This document shows positions 38,248 through 49,853 of a stretch of DNA of 61,678 bases, piece by piece; position 1 is the first letter of the stretch, and each line of letters begins with the position of its first letter. Source of the stretch: Pseudomonadota bacterium (GTDB lineage: Bacteria > Pseudomonadota > Gammaproteobacteria > Francisellales > CACEW01); the NCBI GenBank assembly GCA_021848625.1, contig JAJZUD010000003.1, forward strand, positions 1-61,678. Reading direction: 5' to 3'. Position numbers and translations under genes: made by a program. Under the pieces are notes generated by a model. It saw nothing but the letters and a program-made list of their open reading frames with translations. It was not told the origin of the DNA and did no database searches.

Positions 38248-40011
38248 ATGCAACGTACACATTATTGCGGTGAAATCACTGAGTCAGAAATTGGGCAAGA
38301 AGTTCAGATTTGCGGTTGGGTCCACCGACGTCGTGATCATGGAGGGGTGATTTTTTTAGATGTCAGGGATCGTGAAGGCCTCTTGCAAGTGGTTTTTCAA
38401 CCTGAGGCAGTGCAAGTCTTTAAGATTGCAGAGCGCATTCGCAATGAGTTTGTGATTCGGGCCAAAGGTAGAGTGCGTCTGCGGCCAGATAATCAAGCTA
38501 ATCCCAATTTAAAAACGGGGCAAATTGAAGTCGTGGGTGAGGCTTTGGAAATTCTCAATCAAGCACTGACTCCCCCTTTTATGTTGGACGAGCATTACAC
38601 TGTCAGTGAAGAAGTACGGCTCAAATATCGCTTTTTGGATTTGCGTCGGCCGGAAATGCAAGAGCGCATGATGCGTCGGACCAAAATGGTGCGTGCGGTG
38701 CGAGCCTATCTCGATGATCAGGGTTTTTTAGATATTGAAACCCCCATGTTGACCTTGCCCACTCCAGGTGGAGCGCGGGATTATCTTGTCCCTAGCCGTT
38801 TGCACAAGGGTTCTTTTTTTGCGCTGCCGCAATCCCCTCAGTTGTTTAAACAGTTGCTCATGGTTTCAGGTTTTGATCGCTATTACCAGATTGTGCGGTG
38901 CTTTCGTGATGAAGATTTACGTGCGGATCGCCAGCCTGAATTCACCCAAATTGATATTGAAGCCTCGTTTATTGATCAAGAATGGATGATGGCTTTAAAT
39001 GAAGGGCTGCTGAAGCATCTCTTCAAAACCCAACTGGGTCTTGAATTTGGGGCCTTCCCCCGCATGACTTATGATGAGGCGATGCGTTTGTATGGAGTGG
39101 ATAAGCCTGATTTACGCATCCCCCTCCGTTTTGTGGATTTGAAAGATCTCATGCAAGAAGTGGATTTTAAAGCCTTTAGTGAGCCAGCGCAGGATCCACA
39201 AGGGCGCGTGATCGCATTGAAAGTGAAAGAAGGAGCGGTGAAGCTGACGCGCAAAATGCTGGATGATTATGGCCTATTTGTTGCAGAACATGGCGCGAAG
39301 GGCCTTGCGTATATTAAAGTCAATGATTTGGCACAAGGCATGGCCGGTTTACAATCGCCAATTTTGAAATTTTTAAGTGTTGAGAAAGTTTTGGCCGTGA
39401 TTGAACGTGTAGAGGCCCAAAATGGCGATATTATTTTCTTCGGTGCAGGCCATGAAGACATCGTTAATGCTTCGATGGGCGCTCTGCGCATCAAGCTTGG
39501 GCACGATTTAAAATTGTTTACAGCAGACTGGGCGCCTTTATGGGTAACGGATTTTCCACTTTTTGAAAAAGGGGAGCAGGGGACCTGGCTTGCAAAACAC
39601 CATCCTTTTACCGCGCCCAATATTAAAAGCTTAGAAGAGCTACGACAAGATCCAGCTGCCGTGCGGGCGCATGCGTATGACATTGTCTTAAATGGCTATG
39701 AAGTCGGCGGTGGGTCGATTCGGATTCATGATGCCAAAATTCAACAGGCTGTTTTTGATTTATTGGGTATTACTCCTGCAGAGGCTGAGAAAAAATTTGG
39801 CTTTTTACTCCATGCCTTGCAGTATGGCGCACCTCCACATGGTGGGTTGGCTTTTGGTTTGGATCGCCTGGTTATGCTCTTTACAGGGACGCAGAATATT
39901 CGTGATGTGATTGCTTTTCCCAAAACCCAAAGTGCGAGCTGTTTGATGACCAATGCTCCTGCCCCTGTCGAGGTGAAACAGCTTTTAGAAGTGGGATTGC
40001 GTCTATTATGA
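38248..40011 (+). CDS. aspS: Aspartate--tRNA ligase (probably non-discriminating)
   Basis: [48 protein letters not shown] 38248. Confidence 0.98.
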   Translation: MQRTHYCGEITESEIGQEVQICGWVHRRRDHGGVIFLDVRDREGLLQVVFQPEAVQVFKIAERIRNEFVIRAKGRVRLRPDNQANPNLKTGQIEVVGEALEILNQALTPPFMLDEHYTVSEEVRLKYRFLDLRRPEMQERMMRRTKMVRAVRAYLDDQGFLDIETPMLTLPTPGGARDYLVPSRLHKGSFFALPQSPQLFKQLLMVSGFDRYYQIVRCFRDEDLRADRQPEFTQIDIEASFIDQEWMMALNEGLLKHLFKTQLGLEFGAFPRMTYDEAMRLYGVDKPDLRIPLRFVDLKDLMQEVDFKAFSEPAQDPQGRVIALKVKEGAVKLTRKMLDDYGLFVAEHGAKGLAYIKVNDLAQGMAGLQSPILKFLSVEKVLAVIERVEAQNGDIIFFGAGHEDIVNASMGALRIKLGHDLKLFTADWAPLWVTDFPLFEKGEQGTWLAKHHPFTAPNIKSLEELRQDPAAVRAHAYDIVLNGYEVGGGSIRIHDAKIQQAVFDLLGITPAEAEKKFGFLLHALQYGAPPHGGLAFGLDRLVMLFTGTQNIRDVIAFPKTQSASCLMTNAPAPVEVKQLLEVGLRLL

Positions 40012-43000
40012 AGCCATCCCGCTTGAAAAAAATCGCGCGAATTTTTTTGGCGGGGATTTTGGGACTAATCCTCTTCACCTTGCTCTTAAGTGGGGGCATC
40101 ACCATTGCACTTGTTGTTGCTAATCAGCATGGCACTTTGCAAAAATGGGTGGCGAGCGCCATTGCCCCTGTGCAGGTCACTTACCAAACAGCACATGTTT
40201 CCTGGCATCATGGTGCGCCGCGTTTGGCATTGGATGATGTGAGTATCAGTGACAGTGAAAAAATGCAAGAGCCCCTGGCGCTGCAGCACTTTACAGTAGA
40301 TATTTCCATTTGGCGATCGATTTTAAAAAGAGAGTTGGTGACGAGTCAAATCACGATTTCGGGTTTGCAATTGCAGTTGATTCAAAATCCCGATGGTTCG
40401 CTTAAATTATTAGACTTTGATGATTCCTCAACTTCGCCTTCCATGAGCTTATCGCCACAGGTGACGCGTTGGTTTTTAAATCAAGGGGCGATTCATATCC
40501 AAAATTTAGTGTTGAGCACCACTTTGCGTAGTCAGCGCCAATTACATCTTCATTTGGATGAAGTGAATTGGTTGAACCGCTTGCATTACGAATTCAACTT
40601 AAAAGGCACGGTTCAGGAGATTCCGGACAGTGTGCTTGAATTAGACGCCCGTTTGGACCCAGGGGAAAATCCTCTTAATTTAATGCAGTGGCGCTTGGAA
40701 TTTAATGGGCAGCTTCAGGCCAGTACGTTTACACCGTTTTTGGGTACAGAGACTTTGAGTGGGCTCAAATGGCAATCGGGCGGCGGGAATATTCGATTTG
40801 ATGGGCAGTTTTTTGATGAAAATGTCCAAAATGTGAATGTGGATGTCAGTCTATCCAATCTAAATTTAGGCAATCAGTTGACGGCACGTAAAATTGCTCC
40901 AACGATTGACGATCATATTATTTGGACGCGAACGACCAGTCAAGGAAAGGGCTGGAAGTTAGTCATTTATCCTTTGCATGAGCTGGATATTTTAGGGTCT
41001 GCTTATGATAGTCTGCTGACCATCGCCTATACTCCAGAGGATCCCCAATATCTCTGGCAACTGAGTGCAAAACAAACGGATTTTGCCGTGTTAGGGGAGT
41101 GGATTAATTTTTGGTTTAAGCCAGGTACACAAACAGCCAAAGTGTGGAATCTATTCGATCCAACGGGGCGGATAGATGATTTTGAATTCAAAATGGGCAG
41201 TACAATGGGGCAGGCATCGTTTGTTAGTAGCCAGTTTCAATTAGGGAGTAGTCCTATTTTTCCGAATGGTTGGCCGATGAGCCAATTGGAAATTAAAACA
41301 TCATGGGTAAAAACAGCAGCCAAGTTACCTATTTGGAAAGTTGCGTTGAGTCAATTGCATCTAAAAAATCAATGGATTGACACGCAATTGAGTGGCGCGG
41401 TGAATGTGAATACAGCCCAACCTAAAAATCCGCAATTGACTCTAAAAGGAACCATTGCCGCGCAAAATCTAGATCAAGTGAAAAAGTATTATATTCCCAA
41501 AGCAGGCGTTTCTCCCAGTCTCAATACTTGGCTTAATCAGGGGTTGGTTGCTTTGCCTGATGTGAAAGGTCAGTTTACCTTCCGGGGGGCTCTACAAGGA
41601 TTCCCTTATACTGATCAACCGGGTTTATTTCAAATTGCTTTACATGTGAATCATGCGATTGTTTCACCTTATCCAGGGTGGCCTGATATCCGCGATATCA
41701 ATGCGGATGTGTTGTTTCATAATCAAAGCCTCAGCATTAATGCCACACAGGTCGAAACGCTCAATATTCCTGTCACCAATGTGCATTTCATTATCGCTGA
41801 TTTACGTCCTCATGCACATGCTCCGATTGAAATTACAGGGGAGTCCACACTCACGGGAGATCAAGGCTTAGCGTATGTTGCTGCAATGCCTCTGACTCCA
41901 TCAGGTGTAGACCAGTTTTTGCTATCTTCCAAATTAACAGGCAATTTAAAAGCTCTGATTGATCTTTACATCCCTTTAGAGGGGCATGGGGTGCCAGTTC
42001 TAGTTAAAGGGCAGGTTTTGTTTAATCAGAACAATTGGTTTTTTGGTCAAAAAGATAAAACACCTTTTCTGGGTCAATTAAATGGGCCTTTACAGTTTCA
42101 AAATCAGTTTATTTCAAGCCCGGGTTTAAGTGTGTTTGCATTGAGTCAGCCTTTAAATTTTATGGTCTTGAATAGCCCTGTCAATGCTTTGAAGCTCCTA
42201 GTGCAATCGATTAAGGTCATGGGGCAGTCTTTTAACCAAGTACAGGTTGGTCTGGATCCAGGCAATAATCAGATGACTGTCAACGTGAATAGTCCGCAGA
42301 TTATGGGGGCAGTGACGGTGATGGGCGAAAACAAGCCGATTACAGCGCATTTTAACCAAATACATTTTAGTCCAATTGGGCCACATTCAGCACAGGCGGC
42401 ACCGCTTTTGACCCAAGGGCAGGCAACGGTTCCTGCAGTTCCGCTATTGGGGCAGGCCCTTGCTGTTTTGCCCGTACTGACTGTGGGGATTGATCACCTT
42501 TATTATAATAATCAGGATTTAGGGGCTTTGCATTGGGCCAGTAGTCCTTTACCTGGGGGAATTTTAATTCAACAGTTTGTTTTAAGCAGTAAACCGATTC
42601 AAATCACGGCGAGTGGTAAAGTACAAACAGTTGAGGGGCAAGATGAGATCCATGTGGTAGGACATCTGATGGCTAAAAACTATGGGGCAGTTTTGACTGA
42701 ATTGGGCTATCCCAATCTGTTGAGTCAAGGTTCCGGCCCCATTGATTTAGATCTATCCTGGCTAGGCGGGGTGCATATTGATTATCAGAGTTTAAATGGC
42801 AGTATGAAGTTTGATATCGCTAATGGGGAGTTTTTGCAAATCAACACGGGTTTTGCAAAATTATTTGGTCTTTTTAGTTTAGATAGTATTATTAATACCT
42901 TATCATTTAACTTTAAGAAGGTCTTTGGCAGTGGATTGTCATTTGATCAAATGAGTGGTTCCTATACGATTCAAGGTGGAGTTGCAACTACAGCGGACTT

Positions 43001-43262
43001 TAGAATGACCGGTTCTGCACTCAATATGACTATGAAGGGCTATATTGACTTAGTCAACGACACTATTAATCAAAAAGTCACGGCGATGCCGCAAATTGGC
43101 AATGGCATTGCAATTGCAGCGGGAATTGTCGGTACGCCGATTGCAGGTGTAGCCACCTGGTTTGCTGAAAAGCTCTTAGGCAATACGGTCTTTCGGGATT
43201 CTGGCATTGTCATGAGCGTGACCGGCCCCTTGAGTAACCCCAAAGTAAGCATGAGCAAATGA
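40008..43262 (+). CDS. yhdP: YhdP/AsmA-like lipid-bridge protein
   Basis: N-terminal TM anchor, long beta-rich body, LKGFPY-like [10 protein letters not shown] motif, AsmA2-type C-terminus ([10 protein letters not shown]...GLSFD...[10 protein letters not shown]). Confidence 0.8.
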   Translation: MKPSRLKKIARIFLAGILGLILFTLLLSGGITIALVVANQHGTLQKWVASAIAPVQVTYQTAHVSWHHGAPRLALDDVSISDSEKMQEPLALQHFTVDISIWRSILKRELVTSQITISGLQLQLIQNPDGSLKLLDFDDSSTSPSMSLSPQVTRWFLNQGAIHIQNLVLSTTLRSQRQLHLHLDEVNWLNRLHYEFNLKGTVQEIPDSVLELDARLDPGENPLNLMQWRLEFNGQLQASTFTPFLGTETLSGLKWQSGGGNIRFDGQFFDENVQNVNVDVSLSNLNLGNQLTARKIAPTIDDHIIWTRTTSQGKGWKLVIYPLHELDILGSAYDSLLTIAYTPEDPQYLWQLSAKQTDFAVLGEWINFWFKPGTQTAKVWNLFDPTGRIDDFEFKMGSTMGQASFVSSQFQLGSSPIFPNGWPMSQLEIKTSWVKTAAKLPIWKVALSQLHLKNQWIDTQLSGAVNVNTAQPKNPQLTLKGTIAAQNLDQVKKYYIPKAGVSPSLNTWLNQGLVALPDVKGQFTFRGALQGFPYTDQPGLFQIALHVNHAIVSPYPGWPDIRDINADVLFHNQSLSINATQVETLNIPVTNVHFIIADLRPHAHAPIEITGESTLTGDQGLAYVAAMPLTPSGVDQFLLSSKLTGNLKALIDLYIPLEGHGVPVLVKGQVLFNQNNWFFGQKDKTPFLGQLNGPLQFQNQFISSPGLSVFALSQPLNFMVLNSPVNALKLLVQSIKVMGQSFNQVQVGLDPGNNQMTVNVNSPQIMGAVTVMGENKPITAHFNQIHFSPIGPHSAQAAPLLTQGQATVPAVPLLGQALAVLPVLTVGIDHLYYNNQDLGALHWASSPLPGGILIQQFVLSSKPIQITASGKVQTVEGQDEIHVVGHLMAKNYGAVLTELGYPNLLSQGSGPIDLDLSWLGGVHIDYQSLNGSMKFDIANGEFLQINTGFAKLFGLFSLDSIINTLSFNFKKVFGSGLSFDQMSGSYTIQGGVATTADFRMTGSALNMTMKGYIDLVNDTINQKVTAMPQIGNGIAIAAGIVGTPIAGVATWFAEKLLGNTVFRDSGIVMSVTGPLSNPKVSMSK

Positions 43263-43272
43263 GGACAAGTTC

Positions 43273-44664
43273 GTGAGAAAGCATCTGGTTTGGTTTCGTA
43301 ATGACTTACGCGTGCATGATCATCCCGCCTTGAGCGCGGCAGGGCGATCTGATGCATCGGTGATCGCCTTGTATATTTTGACGCCAGCTACTTGGCGCTA
43401 TCATGAAGCCGCGGCATGTAAAATTGATTTTATCTTGCGGAATCTGCAGATTTTAGAGCAAGAATTAGCTGCCTTGGGGATCCCACTTTACATTGAAAAT
43501 CTAGACTCCTATGAGGCAACGCCAGAAGGTTTGTTAGGTTTTTGCGCACAGCATCAGGTCGACGCTGTTTATCTAAATGCACAATACGAAATTGATGAGC
43601 GTCGGCGGGATCAAAAAGTCGCAACGCAGTGTCAGCAACAAGGCATAGGCTACTATTGTTTTGATGAGCAATTATTGATTACGCCAGGGACCATTTTATC
43701 TAATGCAAATCAGCCCATCCACCAATTTAAAGCATTTTGGCGCCGTTGGTTGAGCCTCGCAGATCAGCTTTCTTGCCAAGAGCAACCTTTTCCTGTGCAG
43801 CGGCCTCCTGTGAGGGCTTTGGCGCAAGTGCCGCAATCTTTGCCAGGGTTTGAGGTGGGTTCGCATTTTCGTTTATTGTGGCCCGCGGGCGAAAGAGTGG
43901 CCTCGCAAAAATTAAATGATTTTTTAGAAGAAAAAGTGACGGATTATCATGAGACGCGAGATTTTCCCGCTAAAATGGGCACCAGTAGTTTGTCGCCTTA
44001 TCTCGCGCAGGGCGTGATTTCAATTCGGCGGATCTTGATGCGCTTGCAGCAGGCTCTGGAGGTGACTTCTTTTGAGGCACTGATTAAACGTCCTGGCTAT
44101 GCAAGTTGGCTAAACGAATTAATTTGGCGTGAATTTTATAAGCACCGCTTGTTTTTGCTCCCAAAACTGGCTTGTTCTCAAACAATGCGGGAGCAAATCC
44201 GGCCTTGGCCGTGGCATGAAGATCAGGAGGCGTTTCAAAGGTGGCGTGAAGGGCAGACTGGGTTTCCTTTTATTGATGCAGGCTTACGGCAGCTTCAGCA
44301 AACCGGTTGGATGCATAATCGCCTGCGCATGAATGTTGCTGTTTTCTTGGCTAAACTCTTGCGCATTGATTGGCGTTGGGGTGAGAGTCATTTTTCTCGA
44401 AATTTGATTGATGGGGATTTGGCGGCGAATAATGGTGGCTGGCAATGGTGTGCAGGGATTGGGGTGGATGCGCTGCCTTATTTTCGGATTTTTAATCCCA
44501 TTTTGCAGAGTCAGCGTTTTGACCCAGAGGGGGCATTTATTCGCCAGTATTGCCCAGAGTTGCGGCATTTAAGCGCGCGGGAGATACATCAGCCCCGGCC
44601 TTCTGCAATGATCGATTATCAACGTGCGCGAACAGAGGCTTTGCAAATTTTTCGATTGGCGTGA
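43273..44664 (+). CDS. phrB: Deoxyribodipyrimidine photolyase (class I CPD)
   Basis: WFRNDLRVHDHPAL, TSSLSPYL, WREFY, GWMHNRLRM, DGDLAANNGGWQW, RIFNP. GTG start. Confidence 0.96.
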   Translation: MRKHLVWFRNDLRVHDHPALSAAGRSDASVIALYILTPATWRYHEAAACKIDFILRNLQILEQELAALGIPLYIENLDSYEATPEGLLGFCAQHQVDAVYLNAQYEIDERRRDQKVATQCQQQGIGYYCFDEQLLITPGTILSNANQPIHQFKAFWRRWLSLADQLSCQEQPFPVQRPPVRALAQVPQSLPGFEVGSHFRLLWPAGERVASQKLNDFLEEKVTDYHETRDFPAKMGTSSLSPYLAQGVISIRRILMRLQQALEVTSFEALIKRPGYASWLNELIWREFYKHRLFLLPKLACSQTMREQIRPWPWHEDQEAFQRWREGQTGFPFIDAGLRQLQQTGWMHNRLRMNVAVFLAKLLRIDWRWGESHFSRNLIDGDLAANNGGWQWCAGIGVDALPYFRIFNPILQSQRFDPEGAFIRQYCPELRHLSAREIHQPRPSAMIDYQRARTEALQIFRLA

Positions 44665-44713
44665 GTCTCGGTTTGTGGCAAAATGAGCGCATTATTTTCA
44701 AATTAGGATACAC

Positions 44714-45805
44714 ATGTCACTACGGTGTGGAATTGTCGGGCTGCCCAATGTGGGGAAGTCTACTTTATTTAATGCGCTGACGCAGGCGGAGATTGCCGCG
44801 GCGAATTACCCGTTTTGTACCATTGAGCCGAATGTAGGCATCGTACCTGTTCCTGATGCGCGGCTACAACCCTTGGCCGATATTGTTAAGCCGGAGCGTG
44901 TTTTGCCGACAGTGACCGAATTTGTTGATATTGCAGGTTTAGTCGCTGGGGCTTCCCAGGGCGAAGGGCTTGGCAATAAATTTTTAGCCAATATCCGTGA
45001 AACAGATGCCATTTTACATGTGGTCCGTTGTTTTGAGGATGATGACATTATTCATGTAGCAGGGAAAGTCGACCCTTTATCCGACATTGAAGTGATTCAT
45101 ACCGAACTCATGCTTGCTGATTTAGAAAGTATTGAAAAAGCCTTGCTGCGCTTGCAAAAAGCAGTCAAAGGTGGCAATAAAGAAGCTCAAGCCGAAGCAG
45201 TCTTGGCAGAGAAAATCAGAAAATTACTGAGCGATGGGGTGATGCCCAGTTCCCAGTCTTGGACCAAGGAAGAGCGTGCTTTGATGAAAGGCTTGCAATT
45301 ATTGACAACCAAGCCCATTTTATTTGTGGCCAATGTCAAAGAAAATGGTTTTAAAAATAATCCCCTCTTAGACCAAGTGGCTGCTTATGCTGCTTCCCAT
45401 CAAGCAGAAGTGGTATCGGTTTGTGCGGAGATTGAAGCGCAATTAGCGGCGTTGAGTGATGCTGAGAAAATGGAATTTTTACAAGAATTAGGCTTAAACG
45501 AGCCAGGGCTGGATCGGGTGATTCGTGCTAGTTATCATCTTTTAGGGCTGCAGACTTATTTTACCGCGGGTGTCAAAGAAGTGCGTGCTTGGACGGTTAA
45601 GGTGGGGGCCACTGCTCCACAGGCTGCGGGAGTCATTCATACCGATTTTGAAAAGGGTTTTATTCGAGCGGAGGTGATTCGTTATGATGATTTTATCGCT
45701 TGTAAAGGAGAGGCTGGGGCCAAAGAGCAAGGAAAATGGCGTCTAGAGGGTAAGGATTACATCGTGCAAGATGGCGATGTCATGCATTTTCGCTTTAATG
45801 TATAG
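44714..45805 (+). CDS. ychF: Redox-regulated ATPase YchF
   Basis: [31 protein letters not shown] domain, HFRFNV. Confidence 0.99.
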   Translation: MSLRCGIVGLPNVGKSTLFNALTQAEIAAANYPFCTIEPNVGIVPVPDARLQPLADIVKPERVLPTVTEFVDIAGLVAGASQGEGLGNKFLANIRETDAILHVVRCFEDDDIIHVAGKVDPLSDIEVIHTELMLADLESIEKALLRLQKAVKGGNKEAQAEAVLAEKIRKLLSDGVMPSSQSWTKEERALMKGLQLLTTKPILFVANVKENGFKNNPLLDQVAAYAASHQAEVVSVCAEIEAQLAALSDAEKMEFLQELGLNEPGLDRVIRASYHLLGLQTYFTAGVKEVRAWTVKVGATAPQAAGVIHTDFEKGFIRAEVIRYDDFIACKGEAGAKEQGKWRLEGKDYIVQDGDVMHFRFNV

Positions 45806-45814
45806 GGGGAATCA

Positions 45815-46969
45815 ATGAAAATAGAACAATATTTTGATCAAACTACTTGGGCTAAAATGAAAGCCTTCGCTGATACCCATGAAACTCCTTTCGTCATGGT
45901 GCACTTGGACACGATTCGTAAAAAATATTTAGAGCTTCAAAAATGCTTTCCGATGGCCAAGATTTATTATGCAGTTAAAGCCAATCCAGCAGTAGAAATT
46001 GTGCGTCTGTTAAAAGAATTAGGCTCTTGTTTTGATATTGCTTCCATTTATGAGCTAGAACGCGTATTGGCGGAAGGCGTTTCCCCAGAGCGAATTAGTT
46101 TTGGTAATACCATCAAAAAAGCACGGGATGTGCGGGCCTTTTATGAAAAGGGGGTGCGGCTTTTTGCCACCGATAGCGAGCAGGATTTGCACAATATTGC
46201 GCGGGAAGCACCGGGGTCTAAAATTTACGTTCGGGTGATTACCGAGGGTGGGGAAACCTCAGATTGGCCCTTGTCACGGAAATTTGGTTGTCATACCGAT
46301 AAGGCCATGGATGTTCTTCTCTTGGCGCGCGATTTAGGTTTGCAGCCTTATGGAGTATCTTTTCATGTCGGTTCTCAGCAGCATGACATTGGGGTATGGG
46401 ATGGTGCTTTGTCTAAAGTGCATTCCATTTTTACCCGAATGAAAGCCGAAGGAATCGAGTTGAAAATGATTAATATTGGAGGGGGATTCCCTGCGCAATA
46501 TGAAAAAGAAGTAAATGATATTCCAACTTATTCTACGGAAATATTGCGTTTTATCCAGGATGATTTTGGGAGTGCGTTGCCTGAATTGATTTTGGAACCA
46601 GGACGCTCCTTAGTGGGAGAGTCTGGGGTGATTGTGACTGAAGTCGTCTTAACCTCGCGCAAAGCGAAAAATGACTTAAATCGCTGGGTGTTTACGGATA
46701 TTGGTAAATTCAGCGGGATGATTGAAACTTTAGGCGAAGCCATTAAATATCCACTATATGTCGAAAAGCAAGGTGAGAGCGAAGAGGCCATTATCGCTGG
46801 GCCCACTTGCGATAGCATGGATATTTTATATGAGGAACACAAATACGCCTTGCCACTTGATCTGGCGCCAGGAGATCGATTGTATTGGTTTGCTACTGGA
46901 GCCTATACCACGAGTTATAGTTCAGTGGAGTTTAATGGGTTTCCTCCTCTCAAAGCTTATTATTTGTAA
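45815..46969 (+). CDS. Alanine-racemase-fold (type III PLP) ornithine/lysine decarboxylase
   Basis: YYAVKANP (PLP Lys), FDIAS, SFHVGSQ, EPGR, GPTCDSMD, GAYT. Confidence 0.93.
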   Translation: MKIEQYFDQTTWAKMKAFADTHETPFVMVHLDTIRKKYLELQKCFPMAKIYYAVKANPAVEIVRLLKELGSCFDIASIYELERVLAEGVSPERISFGNTIKKARDVRAFYEKGVRLFATDSEQDLHNIAREAPGSKIYVRVITEGGETSDWPLSRKFGCHTDKAMDVLLLARDLGLQPYGVSFHVGSQQHDIGVWDGALSKVHSIFTRMKAEGIELKMINIGGGFPAQYEKEVNDIPTYSTEILRFIQDDFGSALPELILEPGRSLVGESGVIVTEVVLTSRKAKNDLNRWVFTDIGKFSGMIETLGEAIKYPLYVEKQGESEEAIIAGPTCDSMDILYEEHKYALPLDLAPGDRLYWFATGAYTTSYSSVEFNGFPPLKAYYL

Positions 46970-49251
46970 TGCCCATCCTGACCGCGACGGAGTATCAGGC
47001 CAAAGTCTTGGCAGCCCAAGCATTGGCAAAGCGTTCCGTTGCGGTAGTGGAGTCTATTTTTTCCTGGCGGCATTTTTTCGAGATCCAAATCCAAGCGCAT
47101 TTTACAGAGCGCCTGCTCTCGCCGATCGAAGAACAGATGCTTTGGCTACAGGTCTTAAAAAACACAACTGAGATTGCGCCGGAGCAATATCAAGCATTTG
47201 CCAAAATACTGGCTGCAGAGGAGCGCGCGCGGCGTTTGTATGGCATCTCTTTACATGAAATTGAGGCAGAGGGGCGAAGTCAGTCCCTGTTTTTTATCAA
47301 AGTGCAGCAACAGTTTGAAAAAAAATGCCATAAGCAGCAAGTTTTTACTTTTGTGGAAGCTTTGGAGCGGTTGAGTGCGCTGCAACGGTATCAGGTTCAG
47401 CTTTTTGGTTTTGTGGATGTGCCACCGCTCTATGAAAAATTACTCACCCCTGATTCTCTCCCCGTATTTCCAGTGAGAGAGGCTGCGCCAAAATCCGCAG
47501 AGGTCATGCAAGCCACTCACATGAGCACTGAACTCAAGCAAGCCCTGCATTTTATTCTAACCCACACAGCGCAAAGCATCGCTCTTGTCGTGAATCATGC
47601 TAGCCTAGATTCGCGGACTTTGCACTTGCTTTTGGCTGAAATCGGTTTGGATAAAAGGCTGCAATATAATACGTCCTTGGGGGTCTCGTTAGCGCATCAG
47701 CCTTGGTTTGAATTTTTTCAGCATTGGGCGAGTAGCGCTTTCGGTGAGGATTTAGAAAAATTCAGCCAGATTCTCATTTCACCTTATTTGGGCGAGGGGC
47801 AGCAACAGCGTGCGAATTACGATATGGTCTTGCGGCAACGCGTTTCAGAGCACCTATCGCTGACTGAGTTTTTGGCAAGCCTACCGCTAGAAGTGCAAGA
47901 GCAAGCATGGTGGAAAACATGGCGCCAATTATTGCAAGTATCCGCGGCCTCCAAAACAATCCTAGCGTGGTGGGAATTTTTAAATACATGTTCATTTTAT
48001 TGGCCTCTTGAAGCGGAGGAATTGTGGCAAGCGTACCTGGTACAAGTATATGAGCTAACGCGCTTGGAGGGCCTTTATACTTGGGCAGAATGCCTGATTT
48101 TGTTGCAAGAAGTGGCGGCAGGGTTTTATTTGCCACAGCCTTTTTATGTCAAGCCTCGACTGCAGATTGTAGGAGTCTTGGAGGCAGTCGATTTGCCTGT
48201 GGATGCGGTATGGCTTTTGAGTGCGGATGATGCACATTGGCCTCTGCCTCAGAAATCTGCGGTGTTCTTACCCTCGCATTTGTGCCCAGAGGAGGACGCC
48301 GCGCATTTATTGGCGAGGATTGTGGATGCAAAACAGGTCTTTGCCAGCTGGGTGCCTATCGAGACAGTGAGTTTAAGTCCGCTATTAAAGCCCACGCGTT
48401 TACTGCCATCGCAACAAGAAGTGGAATTTCATGCTGTTAATCCTGCATTGGAATGGGTGGACGATAGCACCCGTCTGCCTTTGGAAGTGACCTCCTCTAT
48501 GAATGTGCGGGGTGGAGCTGCCTTGTTGGAAGCGCAGGCTAAATGCCCTTTTAAGGCCTTTGCAAACTATCGTTTGGGAGTGAAGGAATGGTCTTCTGGT
48601 CAGTCTTTATTGGATCCCCGGCAAAAGGGCAGTATTGTGCATCATCTTTTAGAGCGCTTTTGGCAAGAAGTACAAACTCAGGAGCAGCTTTTTAAAGTAG
48701 ATATCGCAGCGGTATTGGAGCATTTATTGGATCAAGAATTGCGGTTGCCGCTGCTACGTTTTTTAGAAAAAGAACGCCTAAAAGCCCGTCTGCAAGAGTG
48801 GTTACAACTTGAAAAAGAGCGTGATCCTTTTCAAGTGATTGCGCGGGAACAGGCAGCAAGCGTCTCTTTAGCGGGATTGCTGTTTCATTTGCGTTTGGAC
48901 AGGGTGGATCGACTGGAGCAGGGGGCGCGCTGGGTCATTGATTATAAAACGGGGGGGGTGAACCCTCACGATTGGTTTGCCGAGCGCCTGGAGGCCCCAC
49001 AGCTGCCATTGTATGCGATTTTAGGGCAGGTAGATGGCGTGTTTTATGCTAGTTTAAAGACAGGCAAAATGGGCTTTTTTGGGGAGGCTCCTCTCCGGCC
49101 TGAAATCGTGCAGCGTTGGCGTCAGCAGTTAGAGGGGTTGGCGCTCGAATTTAAAGAAGGGGAGGCGGCGGTGCGGCCTACAGCAAGTGCTTGTCAGTAC
49201 TGCCATTTGGCTGCATTGTGCCGTGTTCGTGCTCATTCCACAGGGGGTTAA
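46969..49251 (+). CDS. AddB/RexB-like PD-(D/E)XK nuclease with Fe-S staple
   Basis: Degenerate helicase-like N-terminus; nuclease domain with KCPF, GSIVHHLLE, RLDRVD, VIDYKTG, QLPLY and C-terminal CQYC-x5-C. TAATG coupling to the decarboxylase gene. Confidence 0.85.
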   Translation: MPILTATEYQAKVLAAQALAKRSVAVVESIFSWRHFFEIQIQAHFTERLLSPIEEQMLWLQVLKNTTEIAPEQYQAFAKILAAEERARRLYGISLHEIEAEGRSQSLFFIKVQQQFEKKCHKQQVFTFVEALERLSALQRYQVQLFGFVDVPPLYEKLLTPDSLPVFPVREAAPKSAEVMQATHMSTELKQALHFILTHTAQSIALVVNHASLDSRTLHLLLAEIGLDKRLQYNTSLGVSLAHQPWFEFFQHWASSAFGEDLEKFSQILISPYLGEGQQQRANYDMVLRQRVSEHLSLTEFLASLPLEVQEQAWWKTWRQLLQVSAASKTILAWWEFLNTCSFYWPLEAEELWQAYLVQVYELTRLEGLYTWAECLILLQEVAAGFYLPQPFYVKPRLQIVGVLEAVDLPVDAVWLLSADDAHWPLPQKSAVFLPSHLCPEEDAAHLLARIVDAKQVFASWVPIETVSLSPLLKPTRLLPSQQEVEFHAVNPALEWVDDSTRLPLEVTSSMNVRGGAALLEAQAKCPFKAFANYRLGVKEWSSGQSLLDPRQKGSIVHHLLERFWQEVQTQEQLFKVDIAAVLEHLLDQELRLPLLRFLEKERLKARLQEWLQLEKERDPFQVIAREQAASVSLAGLLFHLRLDRVDRLEQGARWVIDYKTGGVNPHDWFAERLEAPQLPLYAILGQVDGVFYASLKTGKMGFFGEAPLRPEIVQRWRQQLEGLALEFKEGEAAVRPTASACQYCHLAALCRVRAHSTGG

Positions 49252-49853
49252 GCGCCCACTTGGTAAGTCAAGGCCGTTTGGCCGGTGTAGATGTCTGGGT
49301 TCACGGAGCTGGGAATATCATAGGTATAGTAAATTTTACCAGGATTGCTGATGCAGCTGGCGTAATTGGCATTGCTGGCGGAGTTAATCGAGCAGCCCGT
49401 TCCTGCATTGCCACATTGTTTGGCAAGGTCAATCGGGGTGCTGCTGTTACACGGAACATACCAAACATGATAAGGAATCTGAGTAGGATTACCCGTAATG
49501 CTGCCTTTTAAGGTTGGATTGACTGGAGTAGCGTCAATCACCCCGCCTGAGGTGTTGGTCACGGTCACTGTAATATCCGTTGCGGCATTGGTATAGAGTG
49601 AAAAAGGCTGTGCAGTGCCTACTTGTACAGTTTTGCCATATTCAGAGGGTGTGTTGAGTGTTGTGGCGAGGCCACTGGTGTCTGGACTGGGTGGATTCAT
49701 CGTGCCGCCACTGACTGCATTGCCAAGGACATAGCCTACCCTGGCAGTGACCACGATGGTCCCCGTCTGGCTGTAAGGATCATCAGCTGAGGCGACTGCT
49801 GTTATGCCACAAAGCAAGCCGCCCAGAATGCCGTTTCTAACAGCCAGCGCCAT
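49248..49853 (-). CDS. Secreted pilin-like subunit (Csu/CS1-like fimbrial fold)
   Basis: Signal-like N-terminus, alternating N-terminal strand TGTIVVTARV, four mature Cys, C-terminal PDIYTGQTALTYQV. ATG 49853 (alternative GTG 49859). Confidence 0.6.
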   Translation of the reverse strand: MALAVRNGILGGLLCGITAVASADDPYSQTGTIVVTARVGYVLGNAVSGGTMNPPSPDTSGLATTLNTPSEYGKTVQVGTAQPFSLYTNAATDITVTVTNTSGGVIDATPVNPTLKGSITGNPTQIPYHVWYVPCNSSTPIDLAKQCGNAGTGCSINSASNANYASCISNPGKIYYTYDIPSSVNPDIYTGQTALTYQVGA

